A DNA stretch of 64,000 bases, from contig CAKKRC010000041.1 of the NCBI GenBank assembly GCA_919902495.1, forward strand, positions 30,786-94,785, written 5' to 3'. A program made the position numbers and the translations under genes. The notes below the pieces were generated by a model. That model ran no database searches, was not told the origin of the DNA, and saw nothing but the letters and a program-made list of their open reading frames with translations. This DNA comes from Nitrospiria bacterium. GTDB lineage: Bacteria; Nitrospirota; UBA9217. The first letter of the stretch is position 1. Every line of letters starts with the position of its first letter. This document shows, one piece after another, positions 1 to 7,899 of the stretch.

Positions 1-87
1 AACACGAATAAGAACAGAACCTGATGTTAATTGTTAACTAAAGAAGTTCATTCGTGACATTTGTCCATTCGTGACATTCGTGTTCGC
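1..87. repeat. hairpin element with tandem-unit arms (CATTCGTG units), left arm cut by window edge
   Basis: AACACGAAT (1-9) is the reverse complement of ATTCGTGTT (76-84). The right arm 46-84 is tandem CATTCGTGA-type units. The 20-mer CCATTCGTGACATTCGTGTT (65-84) recurs exactly at 60172-60191. Confidence 0.6.
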
Positions 88-124
88 TGTTTGGTTTTGA
101 CTTCCGGTCTGTGACGACTTGTCC

Positions 125-1480
125 CTAGCAGACGTCCTTCCGCTCCTTGACAGGCCCGGGCACCTTTTCCACCGGCTGCTCCGCTGCCCTGTCGTGTACA
201 GGCCTTTTCAATTCTTTGTCCAGGTTGAAGAGCTTCCGCGCGATGGCGAGGGTGGCATCTCCGCTATCCGTGCTGGCAGCCGCCTGTTTCAGGACCACAA
301 GCGGCGCGTGAAGAAGCTTGTTCACGATGGCCTGGGACATGATGTCCACGGCCCTCTTCTGATCGTCGGTCATGCCGTTAAGGGAACCGATGGTCTTATC
401 CAGCTCGCGCTTCCGTATGTCCTCCACCTTTTCCCGGAGGTCCACGATGGTCGGCACGGCGTCGAGGCCCCGCTCCCACTGGAGATAGGTCTCCACCTCC
501 TGGGTCACGAGCTCCTCGGCCCGCTCCGCTTCCTTCGCCCTTCCCCCGGTGTTGACATCGACCTTGCTCTGAAGGTCATCGATGTCATAGAGGTACACAT
601 TGTCGACCTTGTCGACCTCAGGCTCGATATTCCGCGGATTGGAGATGTCGATCATGAAGATGGGCTTGTGGCGGCGGTCCTTGATCACCTTAGCGACCAT
701 ATCGCGCTTGACCACGTAGTTCGGAGCGCCGGTGGCGCAGATGAGGATGTCCACCATGACCAGGGCGTCGGGAAAATGCTCGAACCGTATGGCATCACCC
801 TTGAACTCCTTGGCAAGCTCCTCGGCGCGCTCGAAGGTGCGGTTCGCGACCATGATGTTCTTTACGCCGTTGCTCAACAGGTGCTGGGCGGCCAGTTCGG
901 CCATCTCGCCGGCGCCGAGCAGCATGACCGTCTTGCCCGTGAGGTCGCCGAAGATCTTCTTCGCCAGTTCCACGGCAGCGGAGCTGATGGACACCGCTCC
1001 CTCGGCGAGCCGCGTTTCGGTGCGGACCCGCTTTGCCACGGAGATGGATTTTTTGATGAGCTTGTTCAGGATGGTGCTGGTGGTCTTGGCCTTGAGGGCG
1101 ATGTCGTAGGCGTCCTTGAGTTGCCCCAGGATCTGCGCCTCACCGAGCACCAGGGAGTCGAGGCTCGAGGCCACGCGGAAGGTGTGGCGCACACCTTGTG
1201 CGTCGGGATAGACATAGAGCGCCCCTTCGAGGGCCTCGCGGGCGATGCCGTGGTAGTCCGAGATGAACTGCTTGATGCGGTCCACGCCCTTCGCGCTGTC
1301 CTGTACGTACGCGTAGATCTCCACGCGGTTGCATGTCGAGATAATGAGGCTTTCCCGGATGCCCTCGTAGGACATGAGCTTGCCGAGCGCGGCAGGGATC
1401 GTCTCCTCAGGGAAGTAGAGCTTCTCCCGGACCTCGATGGGCGCTGATTTATGGCTGAGACCGACGACGACGATTCCCAT
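125..1480 (-). CDS. hemA: glutamyl-tRNA reductase
   Basis: 451-aa ORF with MGIVVVGLSHKSAPIEVREK N-terminus, STCNRVEIY active-site region and GAGEMAE dinucleotide-binding motif, typical of HemA. Confidence 0.95.
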   Translation of the reverse strand: MGIVVVGLSHKSAPIEVREKLYFPEETIPAALGKLMSYEGIRESLIISTCNRVEIYAYVQDSAKGVDRIKQFISDYHGIAREALEGALYVYPDAQGVRHTFRVASSLDSLVLGEAQILGQLKDAYDIALKAKTTSTILNKLIKKSISVAKRVRTETRLAEGAVSISSAAVELAKKIFGDLTGKTVMLLGAGEMAELAAQHLLSNGVKNIMVANRTFERAEELAKEFKGDAIRFEHFPDALVMVDILICATGAPNYVVKRDMVAKVIKDRRHKPIFMIDISNPRNIEPEVDKVDNVYLYDIDDLQSKVDVNTGGRAKEAERAEELVTQEVETYLQWERGLDAVPTIVDLREKVEDIRKRELDKTIGSLNGMTDDQKRAVDIMSQAIVNKLLHAPLVVLKQAAASTDSGDATLAIARKLFNLDKELKRPVHDRAAEQPVEKVPGPVKERKDVC

Positions 1481-1651
1481 GCATCACCTTAACTCGAACA
1501 AGACGGAACAAAGTGCATTAAACCACAGGCGTCTTCGCCGCACACGGTTAAAGACCATTGTTCAATGAAAGATTCCGATCTGTGTTTATCTGTGTGTCCC
1601 GCAGAGCGGGACCCGTGGTTACCTATTGATATTGTTTCGTTTCTTGAGCGG

Positions 1652-2464
1652 CTAGAACGTATGTTTCCCGACCCCGATCCTGCTCACGACGAAGAAGCTG
1701 ATCAGCACGAACAGGAACCCCGCGATCGAGAGATAAGCCATCTTGCGGCCCCGCCATCCGATGGTCCGCAGGTGCAGGACCGCCAGGTAAAGGACCCATA
1801 CAAGGAGCGACGCAGTCTCCTTCGGCTGCCAGCTCCAGTAGGTCCCCCAGGCGCTCTCCGCCCAGATGGAGCCCGTGATCATGCCGAGGGTGAAGAGCGG
1901 CCAGCCTATGGAGAGGGCGCGATAGCTGATGGTGTCCATCACGTCGAGCGGCGGCAGGCGGTGAAAGATGGCGCCGAGCCGCTTGTGCTTGAGCTGGTGT
2001 TCCTGGATCAGATACATGAGGGAGACGATGAAGGCGAAAGCGAACGCAGCGTCGCCCAGAAGCGCGAGGCTCGTGTGGATCCCCAGCCAGGCGCTCTTCA
2101 GGATCGGATTCAGCCCGGCGATCTGTCGCGACGTGATCGCCGCAGGCGCCATAAGGAGGAGCACGAGCGGCAGCATGAACGTGCCGAGCGCCGGGATCCG
2201 GTAGCGCAGCTCCATGATCAGGAATACCAGGACGATGCCCATGCCGAGCCCGTTGATGGCCTCGAAGAAGTTCGTGACAGGGATGCGGCCGCTCTCGGAC
2301 CAGCGCAGGATGAAGTAGATGAAATGGAGAACGAAGCCAAGGAAGGTCGCCCAGAGCGAGATCGATGCGATGGACTTCCGCTCCGGCTGGACGAAGAAAA
2401 TGCAATATCCCGCGGTCGCGATCAGATAGAAAGCTATAGCTGCGAAAAAGAAGGTCAGGTTCAT
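1652..2464 (-). CDS. cytochrome c assembly protein (CcsA/HemX-like)
   Basis: 270-aa polytopic membrane ORF with the Trp-rich heme-handling motif WGTYWSWQPKE. It lies directly upstream of hemA, as is common for hemA-linked CcsA-family genes. Confidence 0.8.
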   Translation of the reverse strand: MNLTFFFAAIAFYLIATAGYCIFFVQPERKSIASISLWATFLGFVLHFIYFILRWSESGRIPVTNFFEAINGLGMGIVLVFLIMELRYRIPALGTFMLPLVLLLMAPAAITSRQIAGLNPILKSAWLGIHTSLALLGDAAFAFAFIVSLMYLIQEHQLKHKRLGAIFHRLPPLDVMDTISYRALSIGWPLFTLGMITGSIWAESAWGTYWSWQPKETASLLVWVLYLAVLHLRTIGWRGRKMAYLSIAGFLFVLISFFVVSRIGVGKHTF

Positions 2465-2776
2465 GATAAGGGCCCGGCTCCGTGGATGTATTTTACCGAT
2501 TGGGCAAGTGCTTATATTACGTTCTTAACCCGTTCAAAGTCAAGGGAAAGTTGTGAATTGATGTAGCCGGACATCAAAAAGGCGATCAGAAGCAGCGAAC
2601 TTTGCTACATTCTGCGACACAAGAGATCGCACACGATTTCCGGCTTGTCAGGTTACTGCCGGTAACGTCACATCAGCGCGATATTTTACATCAACAATAG
2701 TGATAGACCGCCCATGCACCACGCCAACGATATTTTTTCGGTCATTATAAGCATGGAGCGTATTTTTTTGCTATGC

Positions 2777-2794
2777 TTATGATGCATATCATAA
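2777..2794. promoter_or_regulatory. candidate CRP/FNR-family (DNR/NnrR-like) operator
   Basis: Perfect palindrome TTATGAT-GCAT-ATCATAA (TGAT-N4-ATCA core) about 68 nt upstream of the norC-like start codon. Confidence 0.35.
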
Positions 2795-2861
2795 CTGTCA
2801 TGTTCAGAATTCTTTATTCTGCATCATCAATTGCAAAGATCCTATTTTCAAGGAGGTGTCT

Positions 2862-3539
2862 ATGAGCAACAAAGCAGCACGGAATCTTTTCATTTTCGGC
2901 AGTCTCTTCTTTTTCGTGATCTTCCTGGGCCTCACCGTCGATACGATGAACCAGATCGACGGCAGGGCCCCGGAGGTGACGAAGGAAGTGGACGCCGGCA
3001 AGATGGTCTGGCAGAAGTACGACTGTATCGGCTGCCATACCATCCTGGGGAACGGGTCCTACTTCGCGCCCGACATGACCAAGGCAGTGGAGCGCAAGCC
3101 GGACGGGTACCTCAAGCAGTTTCTGATGGATCCCCGCGGCGTGAAACCTACCGCGGCCATGCCGAAATTGGGGATCACCTCGCAGGAAGCGGATGATCTG
3201 ATCGCCTTCCTCACCTGGATCTCGAAGATCGACACGAACGGATGGCCGCCCAAGCCCATTCTGGCCGCTGCGGCAGGCGTCGGCGGGCAGGGACAGACAC
3301 GGGGACAGCAGATATACCAGTCCCAGGGGTGCTCGAACTGCCACAACATCAACGGTATCGGCGGCACCAGCGGGCCCGAACTGACGCGCGTCGGCGCGAA
3401 CGGAAAGGACGTGGCGTGGCATGTGAAGCACCTGAAGCAGCCCCGTTCCGTCGTCCCCAATTCGGCGATGCCGCCCTACGCAGCCATATCGGATGACGAT
3501 CTCAAATCGCTGGCCGCTTATCTTGTTACGTTGAAATAG
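2862..3539 (+). CDS. norC: nitric oxide reductase subunit C-like diheme cytochrome c (NorC domain plus extra C-terminal cytochrome c domain)
   Basis: RBS AAGGAGG lies 5 nt before the ATG at 2862. N-terminal TM anchor. NorC-like KMVWQKYDCIGCHTILGNGSYFAPDM, plus a second heme motif CSNCHNINGIGG...AMPPY. Immediately upstream of norB. Confidence 0.8.
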   Translation: MSNKAARNLFIFGSLFFFVIFLGLTVDTMNQIDGRAPEVTKEVDAGKMVWQKYDCIGCHTILGNGSYFAPDMTKAVERKPDGYLKQFLMDPRGVKPTAAMPKLGITSQEADDLIAFLTWISKIDTNGWPPKPILAAAAGVGGQGQTRGQQIYQSQGCSNCHNINGIGGTSGPELTRVGANGKDVAWHVKHLKQPRSVVPNSAMPPYAAISDDDLKSLAAYLVTLK

Positions 3540-3555
3540 CCCCCCCTCACCTCGT

Positions 3556-3580
3556 TTCCTCTCCCCCGAGGGGAGAGGAA
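3556..3580. repeat. palindromic element TTCCTCTCCCC-CGA-GGGGAGAGGAA
   Basis: 11-bp perfect stem between norC and norB. Same CCTCTCCC/GGGAGAGG family as 51365-51388, 53517-53540 and 63936-63958. Confidence 0.8.
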
Positions 3581-3616
3581 GTAAAAGGTGCGGGGCATTA
3601 TCAATCGGAGGTGACA

Positions 3617-4990
3617 ATGACCGTCAAATATCAAAGTCAAAAGATCGCGCAGTACTTTTACACGTTCGCCGTCATCCTGTTCCTCGTCCAGGTGGTCGTC
3701 GGGATCATTGCGGCGATCCAGTTCCTCAAACCCGATATTTTCATCCTGAACTTCAACACTATCAGGACGCTCCACATCAACGCCCTCGTGGTCTGGCTCC
3801 TGTCGGGGCTCATGGGCGCCACGTATTACGTGGTCCCCGAGGAATCGGAGACCGAAGTGTGGAGCTACCCTCTCGCCTTAGCCCAGTTCTGGGCGACGGT
3901 CGGCGCAATCACGCTGGTCGTGCTCGGCTACATTTGGATGGGCTTGAATCCACAAGCGAACATTACGGTCATGGGTACGCAGCTCCTGAATGAGGGCCGC
4001 GAATACATCGAGGCGCCCCGCTGGGCCGATGTGCTGATCGTGATCTCGGTGCTGCTGTTCCTGTTCAACATGTTCATGACCATGATGAAGACCAAGAAGT
4101 GGACCGGCATCCAGGGCGTGCTGCTTTTCGGCCTTTTGTTCCTGGCGCTTATGTACCTGCCGGGCATGTACTACTCGAAGAACATGATCAAGGACCAGTT
4201 CTGGTGGTGGTGGGTCATCCACCTCTGGGTGGAAGGCTCCTGGGAAGTGATCGCCGGCGCGCTGCTCGCCTTCATGCTGATGAAGACCATCGGCGCCAAG
4301 CGCGAGGTGCTGGAGAAGTGGATGTACATCGAGGTCGGCCTCGTGCTCTTCACCGGCATCCTCGGGACGGGACATCACTACTATTTCATCGGCACACCGA
4401 AGTACTGGCACTGGATCGGCGGATTTTTCAGTTCGCTCGAACCCGTACCGCTGCTCCTGATGGTCTGGGACGCATTCCGGACCACCCGTGAGGCGCGGAA
4501 CGTTACGAACAAGCCGGGGCTGTTCTACACCGTGGCCCATGCCATCTTCAACTTCGTGGGCGCCGGACTCTGGGGGATCATCCATACCCTGCCGCAGGTG
4601 AACAAGTGGACCCACGGCACCCAGATCACCACGGCCCACGGGCACCTTGCCTTCTACGGAGCCTATGTGCTGCTGGTCATCTCCATGATCTACGTGACCC
4701 TGCCGTCCATCCGCGGCGTGAAGGACTACAACCCGGCGCGGGCGTACCTTGCGTTCTGGTGGATGACGATCTCCATGGTCTTCATCGTGCTGACCATCAC
4801 CGGCGCGGGCATGGTCCAGGTCTACATGGAACGGCTCATGGGTCTCGATTATGTCGCGGTCAAGACGACCTACAACCTCTGGTTCTGGATCCTCCGGGCC
4901 ATCTTCGGCGTGGGCTTCCTGGTTGGCGTCTCGATCTTCGTGTATGACTTCTTCATGCTCGGGAGGGAACCGGCGGAGCAGAAGGCGTAA
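3617..4990 (+). CDS. norB: nitric oxide reductase subunit B (cNOR-type heme-copper oxidase superfamily)
   Basis: RBS GGAGG lies 5 nt before the ATG at 3617. 12-TM protein with WWWVIHLWVEGSWEV (FeB His plus conserved Glu residues), GTGHHYYFIG and HGHLAFYGAY motifs. Confidence 0.9.
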   Translation: MTVKYQSQKIAQYFYTFAVILFLVQVVVGIIAAIQFLKPDIFILNFNTIRTLHINALVVWLLSGLMGATYYVVPEESETEVWSYPLALAQFWATVGAITLVVLGYIWMGLNPQANITVMGTQLLNEGREYIEAPRWADVLIVISVLLFLFNMFMTMMKTKKWTGIQGVLLFGLLFLALMYLPGMYYSKNMIKDQFWWWWVIHLWVEGSWEVIAGALLAFMLMKTIGAKREVLEKWMYIEVGLVLFTGILGTGHHYYFIGTPKYWHWIGGFFSSLEPVPLLLMVWDAFRTTREARNVTNKPGLFYTVAHAIFNFVGAGLWGIIHTLPQVNKWTHGTQITTAHGHLAFYGAYVLLVISMIYVTLPSIRGVKDYNPARAYLAFWWMTISMVFIVLTITGAGMVQVYMERLMGLDYVAVKTTYNLWFWILRAIFGVGFLVGVSIFVYDFFMLGREPAEQKA

Positions 4991-5024
4991 GAACGATCCG
5001 TACAGCATATTGTGCACAAATCAG

Positions 5025-5050
5025 GGGACGGCGATCGCGCCGTCCCTTTT
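5025..5050 (+). terminator. rho-independent terminator after norB
   Basis: GGGACGGCG-ATCG-CGCCGTCCC stem-loop followed by TTTT. Confidence 0.7.
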
Positions 5051-5134
5051 CTCCTTACCGGCGGTAAGCGCCGTCTTCCCGGCATGACTAAAGCCGGGAT
5101 CCAGAGGCAAACATCGTCGCAACGCCATGGAGTC

Positions 5135-5170
5135 CTGGATTCCCGATAATGTCAATCGGGAATGACGAAA
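5135..5170. repeat. hairpin repeat CTGGATTCCCG...CGGGAATGACGA
   Basis: 9-bp stem ATTCCCGAT/ATCGGGAAT. The same flanks CTGGATTCCCG and CGGGAATGACGA recur at 33137-33174. Confidence 0.7.
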
Positions 5171-5195
5171 AAGTAAGAACACATTGGAGGCATTT

Positions 5196-5684
5196 ATGAA
5201 CAGGAAGATCATTTCAATTCTCATAGGGATTGCAGCATCGGTCGTTATTTCCCTTGCTGCCTTCGGGGGAAGCGAACATGACGAGAAGCATCGCGTCGAC
5301 GAACACAAGCACGGCGCTCAGGCTCAGAGCAAGCATGAGCACGGCGGAAATCCGCTTATTGAAGAAATGGTCGCCCTCGACATCGTGTTCCGCGACGTCG
5401 TATCGGCCGTTGCAATGAGCGACGGCCACCGGGTGCACGGTGCGCTGGAAATGATGCACGGCACCATGGAGAAGACCCACGAGGGAGTGAAGCACGGCAC
5501 GGTCACGCTCAAGAAGAACGCGAACCGCCTGAGCGACTTCGTCGAGCAGGACAAACAGTTCCACGGAAAGCTCGAGGACCTGGCCAAGGCGGCGCACAAG
5601 AACGACGGCAGCGCCATGCTGTCCCTGACCAAGGACCTGCTGGACCGGTGCGTGAAATGCCACCGGGATTTCCGGATGCCCTGA
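5196..5684 (+). CDS. class II c-type cytochrome (cytochrome c'-like) with His-rich linker
   Basis: RBS GGAGG before the ATG at 5196. Signal/anchor helix, His-rich stretch EHDEKHRVDEHKHGAQAQSKHEHGG, helical body, and a single C-terminal heme motif CVKCHRDFR as in cytochrome c'/c556. Confidence 0.65.
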   Translation: MNRKIISILIGIAASVVISLAAFGGSEHDEKHRVDEHKHGAQAQSKHEHGGNPLIEEMVALDIVFRDVVSAVAMSDGHRVHGALEMMHGTMEKTHEGVKHGTVTLKKNANRLSDFVEQDKQFHGKLEDLAKAAHKNDGSAMLSLTKDLLDRCVKCHRDFRMP

Positions 5685-5817
5685 TAGCATCATCGGACAT
5701 GCCGGGAGCTCCCAATGCCCGGAGCCGCAGTTGCCGGACCCGGACCACATCTCTGACGAGCAAATATCTTGCTTCGGAAAGCGGCTCTGGGATATAATTC
5801 ACACGTTCATTGAAGAT

Positions 5818-5839
5818 TCCCCGCAGCAAGCTGCGGGGA
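5818..5839. repeat. palindrome TCCCCGCAGC-AA-GCTGCGGGGA
   Basis: 10-bp inverted repeat. Related to 9378-9398 and 9471-9491. Confidence 0.7.
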
Positions 5840-5888
5840 TTGCGCTCGCTCCTGGATTCATCCGATCGGAGCCTGCCTGACAGCGCCC

Positions 5889-6713
5889 ATGCCATCAATC
5901 ACCGAAGACAACCGGCACGATAACGAGTCCTACCTGGTCTTTACGGCAGCCAACCAGCTGTATGCCCTCTCCTACCACGACCTGCTCCAGATCCTGGATG
6001 CGCCCGTGGTAACCTCGCTGCCGCTCGCGCCGCCGTCCGTTCGCGGTGTCATCGATGTGCAAGGCGCGACTGTTCCCCTCATCGACCTGCGCATCCTTCT
6101 CGGATCGGCATCCCTTCGCGAGGAGATCGCCGACCTGGTACAGACCGTGGCCGCGCGCAGGCAGGACCATGTGAACTGGCTGACGAAGCTCAAGGATGCG
6201 GTCTATCACGATAAGGAGATCATGGTGCAGACCGATCCCCACAAGTGCAATTTCGGCCTGTGGTATGACCGCTACGAGACGAGCAGCGCTACCTTCACCA
6301 GCTACATGCAGCGTTTCGACAATCCCCATCAGGCGGTCCACCGCATCGCGATACAGGCGAAGGAGCTCATGGCCCGGGGGCAGATGAACGCTGCGAAGGA
6401 GCTCGTCCATGACACGGAGAACACCATCCTCAAGGGCCTGCTCGCGCTCTTTGACGGATTCGAAGTGCAGCTCAAGCGCCACACCCACGAATACGCGATC
6501 GTTCTGCAGCGCGACGGGAGGACGTTCGCCCTCGTTGTCGACAGTCTTGTGGTGTTCGACACGTTCGCCGAGACGGTCAGCGAACTGCCGTTGGCCGCGA
6601 GGAATACACAGGCCAATTTCGTTACCCGGATCGGGAGACTGGCCGGCAGCGGCACGCTGAACGACGTGCTCATCCTGGACCCGGACCTTCTCCATACCGC
6701 TGCGCTTTCCTGA
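5889..6713 (+). CDS. CheW-like protein with inserted CZB (chemoreceptor zinc-binding) domain
   Basis: N-terminal CheW half: YLVFTAANQLYALSYHDLLQILD...VRGVIDVQGATVPLIDLR. CZB signature: HVNWL...DPHKCNFGLWY...HQAVH. C-terminal CheW half: YAIVLQRDGRTFALVVDSLV...VLILDPDLL. Confidence 0.75.
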   Translation: MPSITEDNRHDNESYLVFTAANQLYALSYHDLLQILDAPVVTSLPLAPPSVRGVIDVQGATVPLIDLRILLGSASLREEIADLVQTVAARRQDHVNWLTKLKDAVYHDKEIMVQTDPHKCNFGLWYDRYETSSATFTSYMQRFDNPHQAVHRIAIQAKELMARGQMNAAKELVHDTENTILKGLLALFDGFEVQLKRHTHEYAIVLQRDGRTFALVVDSLVVFDTFAETVSELPLAARNTQANFVTRIGRLAGSGTLNDVLILDPDLLHTAALS

Positions 6714-6799
6714 TCGGCGCATTGTCGCGGCTCCGTCGTCAGTCCCCTGCGTTCTCCTATTCTGGTGACAACCACATCGCCCCGAGGTATACTTGTGCT

Positions 6800-7726
6800 A
6801 TGAAGTCCCTGCTCACCCTGGTCGCACCTATCGTCATCACCGCCTGCTGCTTCCTGAGCGCGCCCCGTCAGGCCGTGGCCACTCCCGACTACGCCAAACA
6901 GACCGGCTACGACTGCGAAAAATGCCACGTTGATGTCATCGGCGGCGGAAAGCTTACGACTACGGGAGAAGCGTTCCTGGCGGACCTGAAGGCGAAGGGC
7001 CTGTACCGTCAGCTCTCGACGACCCAGCATGTTGTCCGGCTCATTGTCGGCTATCTTCATATGTTAGCTGCCATCATGTGGTTCGGCACGATCCTGTACG
7101 TGCATCTCCTCCTGAAACCCGCGTATGCATCAAAAGGCCTCCCCCGGGGAGAACTTCGTCTGGGCTTCATTTCGATGCTGGTCGTCCTCGTGACCGGCAT
7201 TCTGCTGACCATCGCCCGGATGCCTTCATTCGCAGCATTCACAACGACCCGGTTCGGCATTCTGTTAGGGGTCAAGATCGTCCTTTTCCTGATCATGCTC
7301 TCAAGCGCCCTCGTTGTGGCGATCTACATAGGTCCCCGGCTCAGAAAGAAGCTGAAAAGTCCCGTTGCCGCATGTCTCTCCAAGGAGCTGACGCAGGAAC
7401 AGCTGTCCAATTTCGACGGCGCGGAGGGCGGGCCTGCCTATATCGCCTACAAGGGAATGATCTACGATATTTCCGGCAGCCGGCTCTGGAAGAACGGCCA
7501 ACACATGATGAAGCACCACGCCGGAATGGATCTGACCGATATGCTGAAGAACGCGCCTCATGGCGAGGACAAGGTCCTGTCCATGCCGCAGGTGGGCATG
7601 TGCGTCACGTCGGACCGAAAACCGGAAAAGCCCTTCCATGAGAGGCTCTTCTACTTCTTCGCCTACATGAACCTCGCCCTCGTCTTCGTCATCATCTTCG
7701 TCATTTCGCTGTGGCGATGGTGGTGA
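6800..7726 (+). CDS. membrane protein: signal peptide + CxxCH + CopD-like TM bundle + cytochrome b5-like heme/steroid-binding domain
   Basis: Start taken at MKSLLTLV (signal peptide). Also contains CEKCH, TM helices with GYLHMLAAIMWFG, the b5-like LSNFDGAEGGPAYIAYKGMIYDISGSRLWKNGQHMMKHHAGMDLT, and a C-terminal TM helix. Confidence 0.6.
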   Translation: MKSLLTLVAPIVITACCFLSAPRQAVATPDYAKQTGYDCEKCHVDVIGGGKLTTTGEAFLADLKAKGLYRQLSTTQHVVRLIVGYLHMLAAIMWFGTILYVHLLLKPAYASKGLPRGELRLGFISMLVVLVTGILLTIARMPSFAAFTTTRFGILLGVKIVLFLIMLSSALVVAIYIGPRLRKKLKSPVAACLSKELTQEQLSNFDGAEGGPAYIAYKGMIYDISGSRLWKNGQHMMKHHAGMDLTDMLKNAPHGEDKVLSMPQVGMCVTSDRKPEKPFHERLFYFFAYMNLALVFVIIFVISLWRWW

Positions 7727-7899
7727 TCACTTCAGTGCGGAGTGTGGAGTTCGGAGTGCGATATTCGGAACAGTGAAACCAAGTTCCGCTATTCCTGTCT
7801 ATCCGTGCCATACGTGGCGAAACAAATATTCCCTGCTCTCATACCACCTGTATGACCCACGTCATACCCTTCCTCCGCCGGCAGCGGTATACTATAAGC

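Noticed and set aside
119-1447. Long antisense ORFs mirroring real genes. Examples: 119-1447(+) opposite hemA, 3878-5017(-) opposite norB, 14488-17259(+) opposite the kinase, 41610-42872(+), 44153-45415(+), 58115-59671(+) opposite glnE, and 60143-61315(-) opposite rnr.
   Set aside because: Their translations are low-complexity and rich in Arg, Gly, Pro and His, with no recognisable motifs. In every case the opposite strand encodes a protein with clear family signatures. This is a typical artefact of GC-rich DNA.
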